From Ruminococcus sp. (GTDB lineage Bacteria > Bacillota > Clostridia > Oscillospirales > Ruminococcaceae), in contig JAFXAJ010000053.1 of NCBI GenBank assembly GCA_017517145.1, positions 1-62,349 on the forward strand: a stretch of DNA of 62,349 nt, given 5' to 3'. Below are positions 18,228 to 27,354 of this stretch, one piece after another. The notes under the pieces were generated by a model. That model searched no databases, was not told where the DNA came from, and saw nothing but the letters and a program-made list of their open reading frames with translations. Numbering within the stretch: position 1 is the stretch's first letter; each line of letters starts with the position of its first letter. The position numbers were made by a program, and so were the translations under genes.

Positions 18228-19007
18228 ATGAAAAAAATAATGCTCGCTGTAATTAAAATAGTAATATTTCTGATATTTATAAGCATCTGCTCTCATTTTC
18301 TCGTGCCAATCAATGTGGGTATTGTCAATGTGGGGAATGTGACAGGAGCTGTTGTTTCTGTGATAATTGCGCTGACAGCGCTGTTTTTCGGTACGTTCAG
18401 AAAAATGGCTGCTGTTATGTGGGAACATACGGCAGGCAGAATATTCCTGTCGGCTGTCGGTGGAATTGTTTCTTTATGCGTCATCGGGGCACTTGTCATA
18501 AGCGGATTTATGCTCGGTGCTATGCGTGATAAGCCCGACGGCAAACCGACTACCCTTATTGTTCTGGGATGTCAGATATATGGTACAACTCCAAGCCGTA
18601 TGCTAATGCACAGGCTTGATACGGCTTATGATTATCTGACGGAACATGAAGATGTATGCGTTATAGTATCGGGCGGACAGGGCAGTGATGAGATTACAAG
18701 CGAAGCTGATGTAATGCAGCAATATCTGATAAATAAGGGAATATCCGAAAATCGTATTTTTATGGAGGATAAGTCCACAAGTACAGAGGAAAATCTGAAA
18801 TTTTCGAGAGAGATAATTGACAGAGAAGGTCTGTGCGGAGATATTACAATTGTTACGGACGGTTTTCATCAGTTCAGGAGCGATATATTTGCGAAAAGAC
18901 AGGGGTTCAAGGCATATAATCTTTCTGCGGAAACAGAGGGATGGCTGCTGCCGACTTACTGGATAAGGGAATGGTTTGGAGTGCTTCACTGTCTTGTATT
19001 CAAATAA
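18228..19007 (+). CDS. YdcF/DUF218 family membrane protein
   Basis: Three N-terminal TMs; IVLGC, SGGQG, EDKSTSTEENL, VTDGFHQFR, RE motif. Confidence 0.85.
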   Translation: MKKIMLAVIKIVIFLIFISICSHFLVPINVGIVNVGNVTGAVVSVIIALTALFFGTFRKMAAVMWEHTAGRIFLSAVGGIVSLCVIGALVISGFMLGAMRDKPDGKPTTLIVLGCQIYGTTPSRMLMHRLDTAYDYLTEHEDVCVIVSGGQGSDEITSEADVMQQYLINKGISENRIFMEDKSTSTEENLKFSREIIDREGLCGDITIVTDGFHQFRSDIFAKRQGFKAYNLSAETEGWLLPTYWIREWFGVLHCLVFK

Positions 19008-19021
19008 ACGGTATGATAATT

Positions 19022-19051
19022 TAATGCAGAGGAAGTCCTCTGCATTATTTT
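19022..19051 (+). terminator. Intrinsic terminator
   Basis: TAATGCAGAGG/CCTCTGCATTA stem plus T run. Confidence 0.7.
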
Positions 19052-19085
19052 ATAAATATTAATAATTATAGAAAGGAAATGGGAT

Positions 19086-21215
19086 ATGAAAAAATTTCGT
19101 TCAGCCGCAGCTGCTGCAATAGCAGTAATCTGCGGGGCAATGCCGATGACTTCTTCGGCGGCAAGTGTAAAAATTCAGGGAGAACCTTCATCGAAGGACA
19201 TTGCAATGAGCAGCATTTCGCTGTCATCTCCAAGATTCAGCATGATGAAAACCCCTGAGGGCGGCAAGCTTACTGCTTCTCCGCAGATAAGCAGCATTAG
19301 CGCTGCGGCAGGAAAAAAATATGCAGGTAAGGAATTCCCAGCTGCTTATGACATGCGTGATGTAAAAGGCGTAACTTCTGTAAAGGATCAGAAATCATTC
19401 GGTACTTGCTGGGCATTTTCTGCATTGGCATCAGCTGAAACAAGCATACTGAAAAGCAATCCCAGAGCTGACCTTTCGGAAATGCACACAGCTTATTATG
19501 CGTATTACGGCGATGACCAGATACCTACGGAGGCTGAAACAGTCGGTGATATACTTCTCACAGGCGGAACGTGCCATGCAGCGGCAAATCTCATGTCACA
19601 GTGGATAGGCCCTGTAAATGAACTGCGTGTTCCTTATGGCAGAATGTTTTTTTTCGAGGATGAAGAAAGAGTTGCAAATATGAAAAATGTATGCGATTAT
19701 CACCTTAAAAACGCATATATGTTTGGCTATAACAAGGAGAGAACAAATGTAGCTGAGGTGAACAATATTATCAAGAGTTTTGTTCATGACGGACTTGCTG
19801 TGGATATTTCATTCCACTCTGATGATATGCTTTACTATAGCTATGAGCACAACTCTGCACGAAGCATAAGAAAGCCAAGATTTGCCAATCATTCTGTTGT
19901 TATTGTGGGCTGGGACGACAATTTCCCAAAGGAAAATTTTGCTGTGCCTGCGGATAACGACGGTGCATGGCTTGTGAAAAACAGTTGGGGTACGGATTCC
20001 TACGACAGGGGATATATGTGGATTTCCTACGATGATATGTCACTCTGCGAATTTTCAGTATTTGAGCTTGACGATGTAGATGAATACAACTACAATGCAC
20101 ACCACGACACATTTGTTCCGATTCAGAGTATGTCTGCACAGGAGGAAGGCGTGAATGGCCCTTCTTATGCGGCAAATGTTTTCTATACGCCTGAAACTAT
20201 TCAGGCTGAGGCGGTGAATATTCATTTTCCACAGTCTGAAACGGAATATGAAATTACTATTTATACAGAGCTGACTGATGTTTCAATTCCCACTTCCGGA
20301 AAAGCTTCATCTACCACAAAGGGCGTTCAGTCCATTCCCGGAACAGTGACAATTGAGCTTGACGAAAATGTCGTTATCAAGGACGGAGATTATTATTCCG
20401 TAGTTGTAAGGCTTTACAGTGAAGAATCTCCTTATGTACTGCCGATTGAATCGGTACTGTATCTCCATGATGATGTGGATAAGGTGGAACTCGGTACATT
20501 CACCACATACGATAATCTGAAAGCGAATATGACGCATGATGAAACGTTATACAGTTCTAACGGATATGAATGGATAGATCCTATATATGAGGATTATACC
20601 TACGATGAACAGGGTAAACAGGAAATTCTTGAACAGCTTGAATACGAGCTGTTTGACGGAATTTTCCCTGAGGAAACAGATCTTCTTGCAGATGCACAGG
20701 AAGCATACGATGTATTTGAGGAAATGTTCCGTATAGCTGATTTGTCAATTGCTATCGGAAATATTCCCATTAAAGTCCTGAGTAATCCTGTAAATAAGGT
20801 GGATTTCAGCCTTATGAGCGGCTTTGTGCAGAACGGAGAACCGCTGGAGCTTTCTGTCAAAGACGGTGCACAGGTTCATTATTCGCTTAACGGCGGTGAA
20901 TATGTGGAATATACACAGCCCATAGAAATGGAAGGTTACACAAGGGTTACAGCTACGGTTGATTTCAAGACGTTTACAGAAAGATGCTATATTGCCGCTG
21001 ATTTCACTCCCGAAAAAGGAGATGTAAACGCCAGCGGTACAATAGATTCATCAGATGCCAGCGATGTACTTGCACATTATGCCGATACATCTACAGGGGG
21101 CAGCGGTACACTGAAAAATCTTATAACAAATTACAGTGATGTCAACAGCGATACTGTTATAGATTCTGCTGATGCAAGTGAGATCCTACAGATTTATGCA
21201 CTGAGATCCACATGA
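19086..21215 (+). CDS. Secreted papain-family (C1A) cysteine peptidase with lectin-like domain and dockerin
   Basis: QKSFGTCWAF, NHSVVIVGW, KNSWG catalytic motifs; C-terminal GDVNASGTIDSSDAS / DVNSDTVIDSADAS dockerin. Confidence 0.88.
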   Translation: MKKFRSAAAAAIAVICGAMPMTSSAASVKIQGEPSSKDIAMSSISLSSPRFSMMKTPEGGKLTASPQISSISAAAGKKYAGKEFPAAYDMRDVKGVTSVKDQKSFGTCWAFSALASAETSILKSNPRADLSEMHTAYYAYYGDDQIPTEAETVGDILLTGGTCHAAANLMSQWIGPVNELRVPYGRMFFFEDEERVANMKNVCDYHLKNAYMFGYNKERTNVAEVNNIIKSFVHDGLAVDISFHSDDMLYYSYEHNSARSIRKPRFANHSVVIVGWDDNFPKENFAVPADNDGAWLVKNSWGTDSYDRGYMWISYDDMSLCEFSVFELDDVDEYNYNAHHDTFVPIQSMSAQEEGVNGPSYAANVFYTPETIQAEAVNIHFPQSETEYEITIYTELTDVSIPTSGKASSTTKGVQSIPGTVTIELDENVVIKDGDYYSVVVRLYSEESPYVLPIESVLYLHDDVDKVELGTFTTYDNLKANMTHDETLYSSNGYEWIDPIYEDYTYDEQGKQEILEQLEYELFDGIFPEETDLLADAQEAYDVFEEMFRIADLSIAIGNIPIKVLSNPVNKVDFSLMSGFVQNGEPLELSVKDGAQVHYSLNGGEYVEYTQPIEMEGYTRVTATVDFKTFTERCYIAADFTPEKGDVNASGTIDSSDASDVLAHYADTSTGGSGTLKNLITNYSDVNSDTVIDSADASEILQIYALRST

Positions 21216-21443
21216 TAACAAATGTTATTACTTTAATACATCTGTTCAACAGTTGTCGGAAATGTAGAAATTGTCACTTTTGATTAAATTTTATAAAACA
21301 TTAACAGCCTGTTTGTAGAATAAAGTGAAAAAATCAAGTTACCGAATTGTAACTTTTAAAAAAAGAATATGTGAAAATCAACAAAAAAACTCTGTTGAAA
21401 ATATGCAAAGTGTTTGAAAAATATTAAAGAACGCTACAAAGGA

Positions 21444-21472
21444 TTGACTTTGAGCGCAAAATAGGGTATATT
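21444..21472 (+). promoter_or_regulatory. Sigma-A promoter of sugar ABC operon
   Basis: TTGACT-17 bp-TATATT, about 220 nt upstream of the ATG. Confidence 0.55.
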
Positions 21473-21483
21473 TTAAGTACAAA

Positions 21484-21666
21484 AGCAATACATATCTGCA
21501 TATAGTCGGATATTTGTTGCTGACATTACATGGACATTATGTCTTGTAATAAACGGCTGAATAATGTGAAGTATTACGCTGCGGCGAGTACATTCGCCTG
21601 AAGCATTTACTGCATCAGATAAGCCGGAAACATTTTTCACAGATTATACTCCAGAGGGAGTATAAT
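21484..21666 (+). ncRNA. Candidate structured 5' leader RNA
   Basis: Four consecutive hairpins identified by eye; no known riboswitch consensus recognised. Confidence 0.45.
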
Positions 21667-21690
21667 ACATAATTAAGGAGGAAATAACCA

Positions 21691-23166
21691 ATGAACACAC
21701 TTAAGAAGACTTTAGCACTGGTTGCTACTCTTGCTATGACAGCTACTGCTTTTGCAAGCTGCTCTAAGGATGAGGAAAAGACAGATGAGCCCGCAACTAC
21801 ACCTACAGAGGCTCCCGCAGATCCCACAGAGGCTCCCGAAGAGGGCGGCGAAGAAGCTACAGAGGCTCCCGTTGAGGGCGGCGCAATCGACGCTTCAGTA
21901 GGCGTTGGCGGCGACACATTCTCTCTCGCTGTATGGAATGCAGATGACGTTCCTGCTCTTATCGCTCAGTGGAAGGGTCTTGATTACGAGACAGCTGCTG
22001 ATAAGCTCGCTAACGGCGAAGTTGAGGGCGTTAACCTCACAGTATTCGGCTGCGGCGGCGGTGATGCTTCTGAGCACATCGATCAGCTCTTCAACGACGG
22101 TGGTGACCTCGACGTTTACTTCTGCGAAGCTGACTGGGCACTCAAGTACATCAACGACGATACTAAGACACTTGCTCTCGATAAGCTCGGTCTTACAGAT
22201 GCTGATTTCCCCAACATTCACAGCTACACAGACGAAATCGGTAAGACAACTGACGGCGTTCGTAAGGGTATCTCATGGCAGGCTGCTGCAGGTGGTTTCG
22301 GCTACAATGCAAGACTTGCTGAGGAACTCCTCGGTGTTAAGACACCTGATGAGATGCAGGCTAAGGTTGCTGACTGGGATAAGTTCGTAGAGACAGCTCA
22401 GGAAGTTAACACAGCTTCCGGCGGTTCTGTTGCTCTCGCTGACTCTCTCGGCGGTATGTGGCAGGCTTATGCTTGCGGTCGTACAACTCCTTGGGTTGTT
22501 GACAACAAGCTCCAGATTGATGACTTCTGCAAGGACTTCGCTGATACAGCTAAGGCTCTCTGGGACATCGGCGGCGTAACAAAGAACGCACAGTGGTCAC
22601 CTGAGTGGACAGCTGCTGGTACAACAGGTAACGCAATGGGTTACTTCGCTTCTACATGGGGCTTCGGTGGATTCTTCCTCGATGCTGCTGGCGGAGAAGG
22701 CGGCCCTGAGTACGGTAACTGGAACCTCGTACAGGGACCCACACCTTTCTACTGGGGCGGTACATGGATCGTTGTTAATCCTGCTACTGACAACGGTGAA
22801 GAGGCTCGTGACTTCATCATCTCTGCAACTTCTGACGAAGCAGCTATGTCTGAGTTCGCTACAAAGAAGCCTGAGTATGTAAACAACACAGCTGTTATGG
22901 ATAGCCTTATCAGCGCTGATACAGTATTCAACCAGAAGATTTCCGGCAACTTCAAGGATGGCCAGAACTACTTCGAGGTTCTCGCTGAGAACGCTAAGAC
23001 AATCGACTTTAAGGGACTTATCACTCCTTACGATGCTGCTGTTAAGACTGCATTCATCAACAACGTAAAGGAAGAGTACCTTGAGGCTGGCGCTTCATGG
23101 GATGACACAGTAAACGCATTCAAGGATGACGTTGCTGAGGCTGTCACAAACATTGAGGTAGAATAA
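21691..23166 (+). CDS. Carbohydrate ABC transporter substrate-binding lipoprotein
   Basis: Lipobox FASC, PTEAP linker, FYWGGTW motif; strongly biased codon usage; followed by two CUT1 permeases. Confidence 0.88.
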   Translation: MNTLKKTLALVATLAMTATAFASCSKDEEKTDEPATTPTEAPADPTEAPEEGGEEATEAPVEGGAIDASVGVGGDTFSLAVWNADDVPALIAQWKGLDYETAADKLANGEVEGVNLTVFGCGGGDASEHIDQLFNDGGDLDVYFCEADWALKYINDDTKTLALDKLGLTDADFPNIHSYTDEIGKTTDGVRKGISWQAAAGGFGYNARLAEELLGVKTPDEMQAKVADWDKFVETAQEVNTASGGSVALADSLGGMWQAYACGRTTPWVVDNKLQIDDFCKDFADTAKALWDIGGVTKNAQWSPEWTAAGTTGNAMGYFASTWGFGGFFLDAAGGEGGPEYGNWNLVQGPTPFYWGGTWIVVNPATDNGEEARDFIISATSDEAAMSEFATKKPEYVNNTAVMDSLISADTVFNQKISGNFKDGQNYFEVLAENAKTIDFKGLITPYDAAVKTAFINNVKEEYLEAGASWDDTVNAFKDDVAEAVTNIEVE

Positions 23167-23209
23167 TTCTGCCAACTGATTAGTCAGAATAACTAAATAA
23201 CATTTATAC

Positions 23210-23239
23210 CCTACGGAATACCATTGTGTATTCCGTAGG
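23210..23239 (+). other. Intercistronic stem-loop after binding-protein gene
   Basis: Perfect 12-bp stem CCTACGGAATAC/GTATTCCGTAGG with no T tail. Confidence 0.65.
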
Positions 23240-23286
23240 TGTGTATATGTATATAGTTCACAATAATTTCCGAGAGGGTGTGTGTT

Positions 23287-24339
23287 ATGGCATCAGCTGC
23301 GCAGAGACGTATTAAATCAATCAGCTATGCAAAATACGGCTATATGTTTATTTTGCCGTTTTTTATTGTTTATTTCTTTTTCCAGTTATATCCTCTGCTT
23401 AACACTTTTATCGTAAGTTTCCACGGAAACGGTCTTAATGTCGACGATTTTGTAGGCTTTGAAAACTACAAGACAATTCTTTTCGGCGGTGACCGTAGAG
23501 CGAACGCTATTCATGAGACATTTGTTACATCTCTGAAGAATACTATTATTCTTTGGGTAGGTAACTTCATTCCTCAGCTTGCGCTCTCTCTGTCTCTTGC
23601 GGTATGGTTCACAGAGGCAAATCTCAAGATTCCCGGAAAGGGATTCTTCAAGGTAGTTATGTACCTTCCTAACATTATCACAGCCGCTTCAGTAGCTGTA
23701 CTGTTCCTCCAGCTTTGCGGACAGTCAGAAACCAACCCCGGCTTCCTTAACCAGTTCCTCAGCAAAATTGGTGTTGTAGATTACGATGCTACTTCCAAGA
23801 AGTATGATGTAATTCCCTTTATCGAAGGTGTATGGCAGCCCAGAGGCGTTATAATGTTCATTCAGACATGGATGTGGTTCGGTAACACAATGATCATGCT
23901 CATGTCCGGTATTCAGGGTATTAACCCCTCACTTTTCGAGGCTGCAAGCATCGACGGTGCAAGCTCAGGTCAGGTATTCAGAAAGATTACTCTGCCCCTC
24001 CTTACACCTATCATGGCTTACACTCTCGTAACATCAATGATCGGTGGTCTCCAGATGTTCGATATTCCTTTCCTCTACCACAGAGGAACGGCTGTAAACG
24101 AAGATGTTCAGACTATTGCCGTAATGATCTATGAGTATTTCCACGCTCAGCTCGAACAGAGTAAGATGGGACTTGCCGGTGCAGCTTCCGTTCTTCTGTT
24201 CTTCATCACTCTTGTTCTTGGATGTATCTCTTTCTACTTGACACGTGATAAGGATGAGATCGCTAAGAAGAAGCAGAGAAAAAAGATTGCAAAGCAGCTC
24301 AAGCAGGAAAGTAAACAGTTCGGAGGTTTTTCAGTATGA
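23287..24339 (+). CDS. Carbohydrate ABC transporter permease
   Basis: Multiple TMs; EAA loop LFEAASIDGASSGQVFRKITLPLL. Confidence 0.92.
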   Translation: MASAAQRRIKSISYAKYGYMFILPFFIVYFFFQLYPLLNTFIVSFHGNGLNVDDFVGFENYKTILFGGDRRANAIHETFVTSLKNTIILWVGNFIPQLALSLSLAVWFTEANLKIPGKGFFKVVMYLPNIITAASVAVLFLQLCGQSETNPGFLNQFLSKIGVVDYDATSKKYDVIPFIEGVWQPRGVIMFIQTWMWFGNTMIMLMSGIQGINPSLFEAASIDGASSGQVFRKITLPLLTPIMAYTLVTSMIGGLQMFDIPFLYHRGTAVNEDVQTIAVMIYEYFHAQLEQSKMGLAGAASVLLFFITLVLGCISFYLTRDKDEIAKKKQRKKIAKQLKQESKQFGGFSV

Positions 24340-25232
24340 GTAAAATGAAATCAGTTTATGGAGAACCTAAGGACAATTACTCCTCAAAGCTCAAGATAAA
24401 GTCTACTATACTTTTTGTATGGTTCGTTATTCTTACTTTGATTTGTCTGCTTCCTATCTACATTCTTATTATCAATGCTACACGTGATCACTCGGAAATC
24501 GCTAACAGCCTTAGCTTTATTCCCGGATCAAGCCTTGGTAAGAACTTTAACACCATTGCTACAAATGGTAACTTCAAGCTTTCCTATGACGCTCTTAACG
24601 GTTATAAGAACAGCTTGATTATCACAGTTTCATCCACATTCCTTACTGTATTTTTCTCAGCTATGACAGCTTATGGTATCCACGTATACGACTTTAAGCT
24701 CAAGGAAATTTCTTACACAGTAATTCTTCTTGTAATGATGGTTCCTGTACAGGTTACATCTGCCGGTTTCGTATCATTCATGGCTGACCTGAAACTTACA
24801 AATACATATATTCCCCTTATTCTTCCTGCAATTGCAGCTCCCTCAGTTGTATACTTCATGAGATCTTACATGAAGTCATCTTTCCCTCTGGAAATCGTTG
24901 AGGCTGCTCGTATCGACGGATGTAATGAGTTCAGAACATTTGTATCCATCGCTATTCCTATGATGAAGCCCGCTATAGCTGTTCAGGCTATCTTCGCTTT
25001 CATCGCAAGCTGGAATAACTTCTATACACCCAGTATGATCCTGATCAACGTAAAGCTGAAGCAGAAGACACTTCCTATGATGGTATCTGCTCTTCAGGCT
25101 TCTGATAAGCTCAATGACTTCGGTGCTGTATATCTTGCAATTGCGCTTGCTATCATTCCGATTATCATTGCTTACGTTTTCCTTTCAAGATTCATTATTG
25201 CCGGTGTTGCACTCGGTGGTGTAAAGGAATAA
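24336..25232 (+). CDS. Carbohydrate ABC transporter permease
   Basis: EAA loop IVEAARIDGCNEFRTF; WNNF; C-terminal GGVKE. Confidence 0.92.
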   Translation: MSKMKSVYGEPKDNYSSKLKIKSTILFVWFVILTLICLLPIYILIINATRDHSEIANSLSFIPGSSLGKNFNTIATNGNFKLSYDALNGYKNSLIITVSSTFLTVFFSAMTAYGIHVYDFKLKEISYTVILLVMMVPVQVTSAGFVSFMADLKLTNTYIPLILPAIAAPSVVYFMRSYMKSSFPLEIVEAARIDGCNEFRTFVSIAIPMMKPAIAVQAIFAFIASWNNFYTPSMILINVKLKQKTLPMMVSALQASDKLNDFGAVYLAIALAIIPIIIAYVFLSRFIIAGVALGGVKE

Positions 25233-25242
25233 TAAAATATTT

Positions 25243-25275
25243 AAAACGTCCTTGTTTTTCAAGGGCGTTTTTTTT
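25243..25275 (+). terminator. Intrinsic terminator
   Basis: AAAACGTCCTTG/CAAGGGCGTTTT plus T run. Confidence 0.75.
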
Positions 25276-25289
25276 ATGCCCTGAAAATA

Positions 25290-25319
25290 GTCATAAAGCG
25301 GATAGCCTGTACATAGAAT
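25290..25319 (+). promoter_or_regulatory. Putative SigE promoter of spoIIIA operon
   Basis: GTCATAA ... CATAGAAT resembles the SigE consensus; spoIIIA is SigE-dependent in Bacillus and clostridia. Confidence 0.6.
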
Positions 25320-25340
25320 GTATGGAAAGGAGTGTCCGCA

Positions 25341-26258
25341 ATGAAGGAAAGTACAAGCTATGAAAAAATTGCAGAATATCTTCCGTCTAAAATCCGTCTG
25401 CCATTTCTCGGAATCAGACAAAGCGAAAGACAGCATATAACAGAACTCAGGCTTAATTCTGGAAGAACCGCAGCTATTGTTTTTCCACATAAAATTATGT
25501 ATCTTACAGCAAATGGATTGACTGCCAATCCGAATAATACTGCCGGAATAACAGTTTTGCCGTCAGATATTGCAAGTGTTATGGATTCACTGTCACATTT
25601 TTCTATTCACAGTTGTGTTCAGCAGCTTAAAGACGGTGTTTTTGTTCTCAGCGGTGGAATTCGTGTGGGACTTTCAGGGAGATATAATGATAGCGGTATG
25701 ATAACTGATGTTACAGGTCTGAATTTTCGTATTTCGAGAAATATCATAGGCTGCAGTGAAAAAATCTTTGATATTATCAAAAGCGAAAAGTGCGGAGTTG
25801 TCATAAGCGGCGGAGTTAATTCGGGAAAAACCACAATACTGCGTGATTTATGCCGTCTGGTGGGAAATTCTGTTCCTGTAACGCTGGTGGACGAGCGTAA
25901 TGAGATAGCTTGCACTGACGGGGGAATTATCCGCAATGATGTAGGAGTTCTGACCAATGTGCTGTCAGGCTGCAGCCGTTCAAAGGGAATTGTATCTGCT
26001 GTCCGTACTCTTTCGCCTGCATACATATTCTGCGATGAAATATCTACCGATGAAGACGCTTCTGCTATTCTGGGAAGCATTGGCTGCGGAGTGAAATTCT
26101 GCGCCACTGTTCACGGCAGCAATTTTGAAGAAATGTGCAGCAGGGCAGTAATGAAAAAGCTTCTTTGCAGTGACGTTTTCAGATATGCTGTTATACTTTC
26201 GGGCGGAGAGAATCCTTCGGAAATCAGAGAGATAAGGAGGCTTGAACATGGTATTTAG
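25341..26258 (+). CDS. spoIIIAA: Stage III sporulation ATPase AA
   Basis: Walker A GGVNSGKTT, VDERNEIA, CDEI; first of an eight-gene operon. Confidence 0.9.
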   Translation: MKESTSYEKIAEYLPSKIRLPFLGIRQSERQHITELRLNSGRTAAIVFPHKIMYLTANGLTANPNNTAGITVLPSDIASVMDSLSHFSIHSCVQQLKDGVFVLSGGIRVGLSGRYNDSGMITDVTGLNFRISRNIIGCSEKIFDIIKSEKCGVVISGGVNSGKTTILRDLCRLVGNSVPVTLVDERNEIACTDGGIIRNDVGVLTNVLSGCSRSKGIVSAVRTLSPAYIFCDEISTDEDASAILGSIGCGVKFCATVHGSNFEEMCSRAVMKKLLCSDVFRYAVILSGGENPSEIREIRRLEHGI

Positions 26259-26754
26259 AGTTGCGGCGGCTGTACTTTTCACTGTTGTAGGAGGAATAAT
26301 TGGATTTTCTCTGTCAGACAGGCTCAGAGAGGCAGGAAAAAGCTGTCAGGCGGTAGAGCATCTTTTGCGGAAATGTGCATATCTTGTTGGGACAAGGCAT
26401 GAGGATGTATATGGAATTTGCCGTCAGCTGAAAAGCGATGAACAGCTTCGGCGGTTCACTTTCATCGTAAATTTGCCTGTTGAGTACAAAGTCGGTGAAG
26501 ATTTTCATATAATCTGGCGGAATGTTTTGAAAGACGAAAAAAATGCAGGCAAAGGCGAACTGGAGCTGATGTACCGTCTGGGAGAAATACTTGGCAGGAG
26601 CGATTCGGAGAATCAGAGAGAAAACATAGAGGCATTGATTGGTGAGGCGGAAGAATTATCAGCGATGCACCGTGATGAAATGCTGAAAAAAGGCAGGTTA
26701 TACCGTGGTGCAGGTTTGCTTTTCGGCGTTATGGCAGGAATAATTGTGTTGTAA
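26248..26754 (+). CDS. spoIIIAB: Stage III sporulation protein AB
   Basis: Position; N- and C-terminal TMs; LGRSD and KGRLYR motifs. Confidence 0.8.
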   Translation: MVFRVAAAVLFTVVGGIIGFSLSDRLREAGKSCQAVEHLLRKCAYLVGTRHEDVYGICRQLKSDEQLRRFTFIVNLPVEYKVGEDFHIIWRNVLKDEKNAGKGELELMYRLGEILGRSDSENQRENIEALIGEAEELSAMHRDEMLKKGRLYRGAGLLFGVMAGIIVL

Positions 26755-26766
26755 AGGGGCGGCGGA

Positions 26767-26961
26767 ATGGACATTGATCTTATTTTTAAAATTGCAGGTA
26801 CAGGAATTATCGTTGCTGTTCTCAATCTTGTACTGAAACGGGCTGAACGTGAAGAACAAGCGATGATGACAACCCTTGCCGGACTTATTGTTGTGCTGAT
26901 GCTCATTGTTGATGAAATAGCAGGATTATTTGAAAAGGTAAAGACGGTGTTCGGATTATGA
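26767..26961 (+). CDS. spoIIIAC: Stage III sporulation protein AC
   Basis: MDIDLIFKIAGTGIIVAVLNLVLKRAEREEQA, 64 aa. Confidence 0.95.
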   Translation: MDIDLIFKIAGTGIIVAVLNLVLKRAEREEQAMMTTLAGLIVVLMLIVDEIAGLFEKVKTVFGL

Positions 26962-27347
26962 CAGACAGATGTTTCATGACGGCAGGCTTCTGTTTGTGTT
27001 CGGCTATACTTGCGGTACTTTTGCGGCAGCATTGCCGTGAGCAGTCAATGCTCCTTGCGGTTGCCGCCTGTACAGCGGTAATCGGTAGTTTTGCGGCATT
27101 TGCAGCGCCTATGCTAAGTGAAATCCGTGATATTTTTTCAACCGCAGGAGTTCCTGACAGCTATCTTTCGCTGATTTTCAAAGCGGCTGCAATTTGTATT
27201 ATCACACGGATTACCGCAGAATTATGCCGTGACAGCGGTGAGGGAGCAATAGCTTCAGCGGCTGAAATGTGGGGACAAGGGGCAGTAACTCTTATAAGTC
27301 TGCCGCTTATAAAGGAAATTCTCGACAGCGTGACCGGTTTGTTGTAG
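26958..27347 (+). CDS. spoIIIAD: Stage III sporulation protein AD
   Basis: AELCRDSGEGAIAS motif; position. Confidence 0.88.
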   Translation: MTDRCFMTAGFCLCSAILAVLLRQHCREQSMLLAVAACTAVIGSFAAFAAPMLSEIRDIFSTAGVPDSYLSLIFKAAAICIITRITAELCRDSGEGAIASAAEMWGQGAVTLISLPLIKEILDSVTGLL

Positions 27348-27354
27348 GTGAGAT

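Noticed and set aside
21805-21870. Three copies of ACAGAGGCTCCC
   Set aside because: In-frame TEAP linker repeats of the lipoprotein; too short and irregular for CRISPR.
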